Shown: one piece after another, positions 18,225 to 27,219 of the stretch
How positions within the stretch are numbered: the first letter of the stretch is position 1
Layout of the letters: every line of letters starts with the position of its first letter
Made by a program: the position numbers and the translations under genes
Assembly: GCA_964654855.1 (NCBI GenBank)
Contig: CAZZJS010000002.1
Span: forward strand, 15,285-79,284
DNA length: 64,000 nucleotides
Source: an uncultured Rickettsiales bacterium
GTDB lineage: Bacteria; Pseudomonadota; Alphaproteobacteria; Rickettsiales; JALZUV01
Reading direction: 5' to 3'
The notes under the pieces: generated by a model
Told to the model about the DNA's origin: nothing
What the model saw: only the letters and a program-made list of their open reading frames with translations
Databases searched by the model: none

Positions 18225-20440
18225 CACTCCTCTTCTCTCTGTTTCTCATCAACCTTATGCTAACGAACCCTGCCTTGGCACAAGAAGAAGTTACTCTCTA
18301 CAATGAGGTGCATACCGTAGTTAACCAAACTTCAGATTCTGTAGCATCGACTGAAACACAAATTACTATTTCACAAGAAGAAGCCACCGAACCACCCGAA
18401 TTTACGATTCAAGTCGGGGATATTCTCTATATTTCATTACCGGGTGAAGAAGGCTTCAATGAGCTCTTCCAAGTCAATCGCGATGGTAAAGTTTTGTTAC
18501 CCGAAATCGGCGAAGTTTCATTGGAAAGCCAAAGCATGACCGATGCGACTGTCTTCTTACGAGAGAAGCTAGGAACCATGTTTCGTGACTTAGACCAACT
18601 CTCACTCCAACTCAAAAAACGTGAATTAATCGTAACCGTATTAGGTTATGTTAAAAAGCCCGGCACCGTGACACTTCCCTTAGAAGGGAACTTACAAACA
18701 GCGATCGCAGAAGCGGGTGGCCTAAAGCCCGGCGCTCAGCTAGATCGTGTACAATTACAACGCGAGGGAGAAACTACCAAAATTAACTATAAAGCCTATC
18801 TCGACTCAGGCGATGGTCGTTTGTTAAAACCGCTCACTTCGCGCGATGTCATTTTCGTACCTGTTTCTCCTCTATTGGGTAATGTGCAGATTGAATTTGA
18901 TGCTCGCACATTGATGGAACAAGGCGATGCTTCTGAAGAAGGCGAAGCCATTCAAATTATGGGCGAAGTACATAATCCCGGCACTTTTGCTTTTAAAGAA
19001 GGTGCCAGTGCTTTTGATATGCTGATGCGTGCTGGCGGCGTAACTCGCTATGCCGGTTCAGAGCAAATTCGCATTATCCATCAAGGAGCTCCAAAGCCCT
19101 TCAACCTGAAACGTTATATGGATACAGCAAATCGCAAATTTATGCCTGATATCGCCCCCGGAGATATCATCTTTGTACCGCAAAAAGAAAAGGGGATTAA
19201 AACCGGTAACCGTACAGTCTACGTCATGGGGGAAGTACACAAACCTGGTGCTTTTGAGATTCAGGGCGATATTGGGTTCTTCCACATCCTTTCCAACGCA
19301 GGAGGGCCTACTCGCTTTGCCGATACACGAAAGTTACAGATAATTCGCGCAGATAATCAAGTAGAGGCCTTTGATCTCTTCGCTTTCACCCAAAGCCCAA
19401 AAACCATCAAAGTACCACAAATTACCGCTGGGGATGCAGTACTGATCCCTGAAAAATCTCGTTCTAATGAAAATAGTTGGCTCAAAACTGCGCCACAGAA
19501 AGCTATACAGATTTTAGGCGCCGTCAATAAACCTGGCCGTTATGAATGGTCGAGCGAAATGAGTTTATTTGACCTGATCGGTCATGCAGGTGGCCCTAAA
19601 TTACAAGCCGACTTAGCACATCTTGAAATTGTCATTCCACAAGAAGATGGGGCTTCTAAATCGATGCGCTTTGACGCAGAAAGTGCGATTAAAAACGGAT
19701 ACCAGCCAGATGAGCTACCGAAGTTAGTAGGCGGGTCAGTCGTGATGGTACCTGAGCTTCCAAATGATCCATCCGACAATAAATCACAATGGATTCGTCA
19801 GGCACCCGAATCTTCGATCTATGTGTTCGGACAAGTAAATTCTCCAGGTCGTTATGCCTTCAACCCAGACTTTAGCTTACTGGATATCTTATCTGCTGCA
19901 AATGGCCCTTCTGGCGCGGCAGACATGCGCAATATTCGTGTTAATCAACGTAAACGTAATGGAAAGAATAAAGTCACCACCGTCAATATGACCCTTTATT
20001 TCCAAACTGGTGATGAAAGCTTGCTACCAGATTTACACACAGAAGATGTGATCTACGTACCTGAACGTAATCCAAACTGGTTAGATCTCTCTAAAGAAGA
20101 CAGCATTCGCGTGATGGGAGAAATTCGTAAACCTGGCCGCTACCGTTTTGAAGATGGCATGACCATTCTCGATTTACTCGCAGAAGCAGGTGGCCCTACC
20201 GGAGCAGCCTATCAACAAAAGATCATTGTCGTAAACTTCTCAGAATCAAAAGATCAAGCGCGCATGTTCAACTTAGTTGATTTTGCCAAAAACGGAGATT
20301 TCAGCAAGCTCCCCCTCCTTAAAACAGGTGACACCATTTATGTACCCAATATTGCACAAAGTGAGTGGAAGAAATTTATGGGCGGAGTAAGCGATGTTGT
20401 GCAGTTACTCTCTATCCCAGCCTTATTAGGAGGACTCTAA
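18212..20440 (+). CDS. Polysaccharide export protein with multiple SLBB domains (SypC-like)
   Basis: Signal peptide; IQVGDILYISLPGE...VNRDGKVLLPEIG; repeated V.GEV..PG.Y / AGGP SLBB units. Confidence 0.9.
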   Translation: MRYLTLLFSLFLINLMLTNPALAQEEVTLYNEVHTVVNQTSDSVASTETQITISQEEATEPPEFTIQVGDILYISLPGEEGFNELFQVNRDGKVLLPEIGEVSLESQSMTDATVFLREKLGTMFRDLDQLSLQLKKRELIVTVLGYVKKPGTVTLPLEGNLQTAIAEAGGLKPGAQLDRVQLQREGETTKINYKAYLDSGDGRLLKPLTSRDVIFVPVSPLLGNVQIEFDARTLMEQGDASEEGEAIQIMGEVHNPGTFAFKEGASAFDMLMRAGGVTRYAGSEQIRIIHQGAPKPFNLKRYMDTANRKFMPDIAPGDIIFVPQKEKGIKTGNRTVYVMGEVHKPGAFEIQGDIGFFHILSNAGGPTRFADTRKLQIIRADNQVEAFDLFAFTQSPKTIKVPQITAGDAVLIPEKSRSNENSWLKTAPQKAIQILGAVNKPGRYEWSSEMSLFDLIGHAGGPKLQADLAHLEIVIPQEDGASKSMRFDAESAIKNGYQPDELPKLVGGSVVMVPELPNDPSDNKSQWIRQAPESSIYVFGQVNSPGRYAFNPDFSLLDILSAANGPSGAADMRNIRVNQRKRNGKNKVTTVNMTLYFQTGDESLLPDLHTEDVIYVPERNPNWLDLSKEDSIRVMGEIRKPGRYRFEDGMTILDLLAEAGGPTGAAYQQKIIVVNFSESKDQARMFNLVDFAKNGDFSKLPLLKTGDTIYVPNIAQSEWKKFMGGVSDVVQLLSIPALLGGL

Positions 20441-20441
20441 A

Positions 20442-21197
20442 ATGACAGCCTATCAAATTCAATCTTCCAACACTCCGAACAACCCTGATAACATTACAAT
20501 CCCTGTTCATTACGTAGATATTGACCCACTCTTTAATGCCAGCATTGCACGCGGAGTGCGCAGCCTTTGCATAACCTCAAGTATGGCAAGAGAAGGAGTT
20601 TCAACCGTTGCATACTCTATTGCCAAACGCAGTGCAGCCAGCGGCAAAAAAACTCTGCTGGTAGATGCGAATTTAAATAACCCATGTGTAGGAGATAGAT
20701 TAGGCATTACTCAAAAAGATTGGGACGGAGAATTGAGTACTCTAACAGACGCACTTCATCACTTTGAAGGCATTAATTTGTCAATTCTAACAGGACTAAA
20801 TCGCCCTATTGCACCTTTAAACCTACGCGATCCCAATGGCATTAAAGAGTGGATAGAAAATCTGCTAGCGCAATTTGATATTATCATATTCGATTGCGCC
20901 CCCATAGGAGTTCCGTGCAACCAAGGAATTCCTAGCGATATCATAGCAACAAACTGTGACGGCTGTGTGTTGGTCGCGCAAGCAACACACACACCGCAAG
21001 AGCAACTATTACAGGCAATCTCTCACCTTCAAAATGTACAAGTTCCCTTATTGGGCTGTGTACTTAATCGCCAACATTATCCAGGGCTTTCAACGGAGAT
21101 GAAGAACGCCCTTCTATCAACTAAAACCCCTAAATTTATGGAGACATTATGGACACGGTTTATCATCAAACTACAGCATATCGAAACAATGCTGTAA
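20442..21197 (+). CDS. CpsD/CapB-like P-loop protein (SypD-like)
   Basis: ITSSMAREGVSTVA (degenerate Walker A), LLVDANL, IIIFDCAP, DGCVLVA, LGCVLNR. Confidence 0.8.
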   Translation: MTAYQIQSSNTPNNPDNITIPVHYVDIDPLFNASIARGVRSLCITSSMAREGVSTVAYSIAKRSAASGKKTLLVDANLNNPCVGDRLGITQKDWDGELSTLTDALHHFEGINLSILTGLNRPIAPLNLRDPNGIKEWIENLLAQFDIIIFDCAPIGVPCNQGIPSDIIATNCDGCVLVAQATHTPQEQLLQAISHLQNVQVPLLGCVLNRQHYPGLSTEMKNALLSTKTPKFMETLWTRFIIKLQHIETML

Positions 21198-22207
21198 TTA
21201 CCTCATTACGTACAACATTTTCTTATTTCGTAAGGCAAATTATGCATCTAACAAAAATGACTTTTTGGGGATTATTACTTATTAACGCCAGTTTATGCGT
21301 TATCTCCATTTTTGGTGATTTATTCTGGATCTCTGATGTATTGCATAATTTTGCTTTACACCTATTAGCCGGTTTTATTGTACTTTCAGTGACAGGTTTA
21401 TTGATAAAACAGCGAAAACTAGCAGCCATGGCGCTACTATTTATGATTCTACAAACTCTTCATATATCCCCACAACTACCAGAACTTTTACCCTTTTCAT
21501 CTCAACAAAACTGTGTCGAATGTAGCGGTGAAGAAATTAGCATTTTTCAATACAACTTACTCTTTTCAAACCCCAATATTCCCAAACTAGTAGAAGTAAT
21601 GCTTTCAAGGTTAGAACACGATGTCCTCGTATTCCAAGAAGTAACTGGCGCACACCAAGAAACGCTCGCACCGCTTGAATTTGCCTACCCCTTTGTCTAT
21701 CAGCAAAAAGACATTCGAGTATTTAGTCGGCTTCCTCTCGAAAAAGTAAGTTATAGCAAACATAATGCGTTTCTGGAGCTGATTGGACAAACCTCGCGTG
21801 CTCAAACGCCGTTCCATCTATTTGCAATTCACAGTACAGCACCCATTAATGCCCAAGCATGGAAAAAACGTAACCAACTGCTTATTGGTGCTGCTAAACA
21901 AATTGCGAAAGCTCCTATGCAACATAAGATACTCGTCGGCGATATGAACATAACTTCATATTCAAAATGGTTTCAGAAACTCATTAACTTGTCTGGCCTG
22001 CAAAACAACCAGAACCAACCGTTAATGAAGCCTAGTTGGTCACCTTTGGATAATCAGCCAATCTGGGCAAGTTTGAGAATTGACCATTTACTTACCAGTC
22101 CCTCAGTACAGGTACTAGAGCAACATATCGGCAATGACTTTGGCTCTGACCATCTACCAATTATCACACGGCTACAATTAACTAATGACGGATTATCAAC
22201 GCGGTAA
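21149..22207 (+). CDS. Membrane-anchored endonuclease/exonuclease/phosphatase family protein
   Basis: N-terminal TMs; QYNLL, VFQEV, LVGDMN, IDHLL, GSDHLPI; true start may be ATG 21242. Confidence 0.85.
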   Translation: MDTVYHQTTAYRNNAVITSLRTTFSYFVRQIMHLTKMTFWGLLLINASLCVISIFGDLFWISDVLHNFALHLLAGFIVLSVTGLLIKQRKLAAMALLFMILQTLHISPQLPELLPFSSQQNCVECSGEEISIFQYNLLFSNPNIPKLVEVMLSRLEHDVLVFQEVTGAHQETLAPLEFAYPFVYQQKDIRVFSRLPLEKVSYSKHNAFLELIGQTSRAQTPFHLFAIHSTAPINAQAWKKRNQLLIGAAKQIAKAPMQHKILVGDMNITSYSKWFQKLINLSGLQNNQNQPLMKPSWSPLDNQPIWASLRIDHLLTSPSVQVLEQHIGNDFGSDHLPIITRLQLTNDGLSTR

Positions 22208-23714
22208 CATCATCATATAGCACTTCACCAAAGTGCTGCGTATATCCGCTCCATAAATTGTCAGTCGATAATGAAGAGGTAGAGTTCTTTAACCATTTAT
22301 CAAATTGCTGCTGGGCTTGTGGGTCTCGGTTACCTTCCGTTAAACCATCGCTATACAATAAAACAGCCTGATTCTTAGATAATGTTAGCGAGTAAGACTC
22401 ATAAACTGTTCCCGCAAGCAACCCTGGCAACGCCCCCTCTATTGGCATCAGCTTTGCTCCCCCTTTGTCTAATAATATCGGAGGAGGATGCCCAGCACTG
22501 GCGATGGAAATAACCTCTTTGCGCAAAGAAACAATCTGACATGTAATGAAATTACCCGCCAGATACGGGTCAGCATCAATCATATCACTTAACCGTGCCA
22601 TCAGCACTTCTGGTGGTTCAACCGAGTCCATATGCTTGAGCAAACCATACAGATATCCCCCATATAAATGAGCGAAATACTTAGCTTTCGTGCCATGCCC
22701 CGTCACATCCGCGAGAAGAAGCAATTCATCCTGCGAACGTTTAAAATGCAGCACCATATCGCCGCCACCTGCACTGGCTTCCTTAAAGAGAAGTTCCGCT
22801 TCATACCCAGCAACATTAGAAGGGCAATGTGGAATCATCCTATCCGTTGCCTCAGCATCCAACTTTTCACCAATAGAATGAGTCAATTGCTGATTGCGTT
22901 GTAAAACGCGATGTACCGTATTGAGCAACTTCTCCTTCTCGATCGGCTTAGGCAAATAATCATCAACCCCCAAATCATAAGCTTGCTGTTCAATTGTGCT
23001 ATTCTCATTCGCAGTTAGAAAAACAAAGGGAATTGCTCGCAGAGCCGTATCTTGTTCTATTTGTTGACGCAGGGTAATACCATCCACATCTGGCAAACCA
23101 ATATCGCAAAGCACTAGATCAATCGATTGTGATTGCAAGATACCTTTAGCTTCTTGAGCATTGTAAGCCAGTAGAACATTATATTCTTCACCAAACATTT
23201 TGCGAATAAGCAAAGCCATAGGCTGCACATCTTCTACCACCAAGATCGTAGAAACAGAAGTTGAGCCAAATTCAGCAGCCAAGTTTTCTAGCGTGAAAGA
23301 CAAGATATTTTTCTCATCTTTGCGCTCATATTTCACCTTCGGAAAATGCTCACGTAGTAAATATAACCCCATACCTCCCGTATCGAGCTTTTCAACATCT
23401 AGCGTATCAGATAGTTGCTTTAGTTTTTGTTCAAATTCAGAGAAATAAGATCCATCATCTACGACACTAAAGGCCAGCATTCCCTGCGCTTCATCATGTT
23501 CTGCACGAATCAAAATATTATCTGCAACGTGTGAAGCATGCTCTACCAGATTCGTTATCCATTCTGAAAGCACTAACTGTACCGTCTGAATATCTTTATC
23601 AGTTAAATACTCGTTTAAGGCTTCTGCCAAATCATCCCGCAAAGGTCTGATTGCCGAAATCTCTGGGCGACATTCCTGATTAAAAATAGGAGTCATAATA
23701 GATAAAGTTTGCAT
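22182..23714 (-). CDS. RsbW-like kinase + REC + PP2C (SpoIIE) phosphatase (SypE-like)
   Basis: SEWITNLVEHA..VVDDG..GGMGLYL; ILVVED..DLVLCDIGLP..KP; GGDMV..LADVTGHG..YSDGLTE..DDVT. Confidence 0.88.
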   Translation of the reverse strand: MQTLSIMTPIFNQECRPEISAIRPLRDDLAEALNEYLTDKDIQTVQLVLSEWITNLVEHASHVADNILIRAEHDEAQGMLAFSVVDDGSYFSEFEQKLKQLSDTLDVEKLDTGGMGLYLLREHFPKVKYERKDEKNILSFTLENLAAEFGSTSVSTILVVEDVQPMALLIRKMFGEEYNVLLAYNAQEAKGILQSQSIDLVLCDIGLPDVDGITLRQQIEQDTALRAIPFVFLTANENSTIEQQAYDLGVDDYLPKPIEKEKLLNTVHRVLQRNQQLTHSIGEKLDAEATDRMIPHCPSNVAGYEAELLFKEASAGGGDMVLHFKRSQDELLLLADVTGHGTKAKYFAHLYGGYLYGLLKHMDSVEPPEVLMARLSDMIDADPYLAGNFITCQIVSLRKEVISIASAGHPPPILLDKGGAKLMPIEGALPGLLAGTVYESYSLTLSKNQAVLLYSDGLTEGNRDPQAQQQFDKWLKNSTSSLSTDNLWSGYTQHFGEVLYDDVTALIIRH

Positions 23715-23757
23715 TTTCTCTCAATCATCGCTGCTATGATGCTATGGTTAGTTATCT

Positions 23758-25035
23758 ATGAAAAGAATTCTACTCATTTCCTACTATTTCCCTCCGCAGA
23801 CGAGTGTTGGAACCTTTCGTTTAAAGCGCTTTGTTGATCATATGAAACAATGTGGTTTGGATGTTACCATCCTGACCGTCAAAAATCCCGATAAACAATT
23901 TCATCCTTATTCAGGAGAAATGCCTCAAGAAGATAAATACCTAGGTGCCCCCGTTCATAGGGTGGCAGAATGGCCTGTGCGCTGGGTATGGCAATGGCCA
24001 ACACGTGCAGCAAAATTTTTGAGTAAATTGCTACCCATGCCCTTTCAAGAGCATTCCTTTGCCTCTCGTTTTTGGCATATCGATATGGAGTGGGGATGGA
24101 TTCAACCCGCTTATCGCAAAGCACGAGAATTGCTTAAAGCAGAACCGTTAGATGCAATCGTGATTAGTTGTCCGCCCTTTAGCTCTGCACATATTGGCGC
24201 TAAATTAAAAAAGCATCATAATATCCCACTCATATTAGATTTTCGTGATGGCTGGGTTGCTTCCTCTCCTTACCTACATCAAGTGGCGAAAAAAGATGGG
24301 CCGATAGAACAAAAACTACTCACTCAAACGGATCACTTAATCGTGACCTCCAAAAGCGATCAAGAATGTTATCAAGCACTCTTGGGTAAAGATAAGGTAT
24401 CGTTAATCTATAATGGTTATGACACTCCTTTTATTCTCTCTCAAAACGAAACCCCTGAAACAGCTCCCAAGGATGATACATTAAAACTCCTATATCTCGG
24501 CGCATGGGGAGTATTTGGACGTTCGCCAGAAAGGTTATTAAGGGCTCTAAAAGCAGCAAATATCCCTTGGCACCTAACCTCTATCGGCAGCACCAATGAA
24601 ATAGTAGAAAAATCTGCCCAGAAATTAGGGGTAATGGGTTCTATCAAATTAATAAGCAATCAACCTAAAGAAGCTTTGATACCGTGGATTGCAGAATCAG
24701 ACGCCCTATTTGTTATTAAAGGAGCACCTCCGCAAGGTGGCCGCGATACGCATATTGCGGCCAAAATATACGATTATCTCGCAACAGGAAAAGCAGTGCT
24801 AGGGCAATTACCCGAAGGCGATAGTAAAGACATGCTAGAAGAATACTGCCACCAGCCATTTATTGCACCACCCGAGGATCATGAGCAGCTTATTCAGCAA
24901 ATCCAAGCAATGCACAAAGCAAAGATCGAAAATAGGTTGGTGCTCAAACCCAATGATAAATTCTTGAAAGAATTTAGCGGCGAAGAACTTACACGCAAAT
25001 TTGTAGAAACTATTCTCAAAACAAACACAATATAA
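23758..25035 (+). CDS. GT4 glycosyltransferase
   Basis: SYYFPP, VISCPPFSS, DFRDGW, YNGYD, AKIYDYLATGKAVL. Confidence 0.85.
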   Translation: MKRILLISYYFPPQTSVGTFRLKRFVDHMKQCGLDVTILTVKNPDKQFHPYSGEMPQEDKYLGAPVHRVAEWPVRWVWQWPTRAAKFLSKLLPMPFQEHSFASRFWHIDMEWGWIQPAYRKARELLKAEPLDAIVISCPPFSSAHIGAKLKKHHNIPLILDFRDGWVASSPYLHQVAKKDGPIEQKLLTQTDHLIVTSKSDQECYQALLGKDKVSLIYNGYDTPFILSQNETPETAPKDDTLKLLYLGAWGVFGRSPERLLRALKAANIPWHLTSIGSTNEIVEKSAQKLGVMGSIKLISNQPKEALIPWIAESDALFVIKGAPPQGGRDTHIAAKIYDYLATGKAVLGQLPEGDSKDMLEEYCHQPFIAPPEDHEQLIQQIQAMHKAKIENRLVLKPNDKFLKEFSGEELTRKFVETILKTNTI

Positions 25036-25041
25036 CCCCCA

Positions 25042-25085
25042 TTCCCATTTGGAGAGCCAAAGAGGTAAACTTCCCTAAATGGGAA
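25042..25085. promoter_or_regulatory. Tandem candidate activator-binding palindromes
   Basis: TTCCC-ATTTG-GAGAG (25042) and TTCCC-TAAAT-GGGAA (25071) upstream of the sigma54 site. Confidence 0.55.
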
Positions 25086-25136
25086 TAACTCAATCAAAAT
25101 ACAAAATTAAAGAACTGTTATATATAAATAATTTAA

Positions 25137-25152
25137 TGGCACCCTGCTTGCT
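25137..25152 (+). promoter_or_regulatory. sigma54 -24/-12 promoter for the hybrid kinase
   Basis: TGGCAC-CCTGC-TTGCT, full consensus, 36 bp upstream of ATG 25189. Confidence 0.85.
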
Positions 25153-25188
25153 ACGATACACATTAAGAGTGAAAAGGAGCCACCTAAG

Positions 25189-27093
25189 ATGCTAATAGAT
25201 TATCAATCTGATGAAAAGAAGCCAATACCGCGCTTATTCATCCTCTTCATTGGGCTATTCAGCTTACTTTTCATAGCCATTTCAGCGATCGTTATCATCC
25301 CAAAACTAGATATATTTTCTTCTAACTTATCTGTAAATGGCTATGAACTAAATCTAGACAAAAACAGCAACGTAGAAGCACCTTCTAAAGTTTCCCGAGC
25401 ACCAGCAGAGAAAACCCCAGAATGCTTATACACCCTCATATCTCAGTTAGCGGCTGGCGCTTTTATTCTAACGGTATTCTTAGGATGGTTGGGGTATCGC
25501 ATAATCGTTACCCCCTATAAAGCACTCGAAAAAGCACATAATAAATTACTAATTTTGCAAGAAGCAGTGGAGCATATGAGCGATATTTTCATTGTTACCA
25601 AGGCCGATGATTTGGATAAAAACTTAGAGATTGTTTATGTTAACCCAGCCGCAACACAAATAAGTGGCTATTCAGCAGAAGAATTGATTGGCCAAACTCC
25701 TCGCATTTTTCAAGGCGATCAAACCGATCGTGTTGCTCTAGACCGAATACGTGCAGCATTAGAAAAAGGCAATAGTATTTCAGAAGAAATTATCAATCAT
25801 ACGAAAAAAGGAGAACCTTACTGGGTTCAAATCAATATTACCCCTATCCGTAACCGCCACGGCAAAATTATTTATTATGCAGCATTAGAAAGTGATATTT
25901 CCGAGAGAAAGCGACAGGAAGAAGCATTGCAAGAAGCAAAATCTGTTGCAGAAACCGCAAACCAAACAAAAACAGAATTTTTAGCAAGTATGAGCCACGA
26001 ACTTCGCACTCCAATGAACGGCGTACTCACTTCGGTTGAATTACTTTTAGATGAACCACTCGACGAAGAGCAGCATGGTATTGTTGACGTAATTCATCGT
26101 TCTGGAAAACACTTACTAACTATCCTCAATAACATTTTAGATATATCGAAAGTCGAATCTGGTGAAATAGAGTTAGAATCGCATCCCGTTCGTCTACAAC
26201 ACTTAGCAAATGAACTCGAACAGCTTTTCAGACCTGTCGCTGAAAATAAATCTATCGCTCTATCAGTTGAAGTTGCCTCTGAACTGCCTGCTTTTGTCAT
26301 GGGAGACTCAACACGTATCGCACAAGTTTTAGGCAACCTAACAGGTAATTCACTAAAATTCACACCCGAAGGAGGAGAGGTATCTATCACCATTTCCGCT
26401 GATCAAGCCTCCCCAAACCTTATTCACTTCACAGTTGAGGATACAGGCATCGGCATTGCTGAAGATAAGTTAGAAACAATATTTGATAAATTCTCACAAG
26501 CGGATGCCGCAACGACTCGTCAATATGGAGGAACAGGACTTGGTTTAGCAATTTCGAAAGAACTCGTCGAATTAATGAAGGGTCACATTCATGCCAAAAG
26601 CACTCTAGGCAAAGGCTCTTGTTTCACTTTCTCGTTACCGATGAATCCAATTCGGAAAAGTCAACTTTCTGTGAACACCAAAATACCATCAAACCCACTC
26701 CCTATTCCAGAAGACGTTCATATTCTTTTGGTAGAAGATTACCCCATTAATACACAGCTCATTCAGAAACAATTAAACAAAATTGGAATCAAAAAAATTC
26801 ACTGCGCTGAGGATGGCCTTGAAGCATTAAAAATGCTCTCTAAGAACCCAGACATTTACGATCTCATTTTATTAGATTGCCAAATGCCAAATCTAAATGG
26901 TTATGAAACAGCAGTACAAATAAGAGAGAGTGAGAAACATAGTGGCTCTCACATCCCTATAATCGCTATGACTGCCAATGCAATGGTTGGAGATAAAGAA
27001 AAATGCTTTTATGCTGGAATGGACGACTATTTAAGCAAACCCTTAAAACAAAACGACCTACACAAAAAACTAGGATATTGGTTAAGCTGTTAA
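25189..27093 (+). CDS. Membrane hybrid sensor histidine kinase (2 TM-PAS-HisKA-HATPase-REC)
   Basis: PAS (YVNPAATQISGYSAEELIG..KKGEPYW), ASMSHELRTPMNG, NSLKFT, DTGIGI, QYGGTGLGL, DLILLDCQMP. Confidence 0.93.
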   Translation: MLIDYQSDEKKPIPRLFILFIGLFSLLFIAISAIVIIPKLDIFSSNLSVNGYELNLDKNSNVEAPSKVSRAPAEKTPECLYTLISQLAAGAFILTVFLGWLGYRIIVTPYKALEKAHNKLLILQEAVEHMSDIFIVTKADDLDKNLEIVYVNPAATQISGYSAEELIGQTPRIFQGDQTDRVALDRIRAALEKGNSISEEIINHTKKGEPYWVQINITPIRNRHGKIIYYAALESDISERKRQEEALQEAKSVAETANQTKTEFLASMSHELRTPMNGVLTSVELLLDEPLDEEQHGIVDVIHRSGKHLLTILNNILDISKVESGEIELESHPVRLQHLANELEQLFRPVAENKSIALSVEVASELPAFVMGDSTRIAQVLGNLTGNSLKFTPEGGEVSITISADQASPNLIHFTVEDTGIGIAEDKLETIFDKFSQADAATTRQYGGTGLGLAISKELVELMKGHIHAKSTLGKGSCFTFSLPMNPIRKSQLSVNTKIPSNPLPIPEDVHILLVEDYPINTQLIQKQLNKIGIKKIHCAEDGLEALKMLSKNPDIYDLILLDCQMPNLNGYETAVQIRESEKHSGSHIPIIAMTANAMVGDKEKCFYAGMDDYLSKPLKQNDLHKKLGYWLSC

Positions 27094-27219
27094 TAGGCAG
27101 TGCTAGAACTATTGTAATATAACTAGTATTTAAAATGCCTTTTTTTACTCCATGTTATGAAAACATATAGAGTCCAGAATTTCATAATATCGATTATGGA
27201 AAATTGGAGTTAACGCTTA

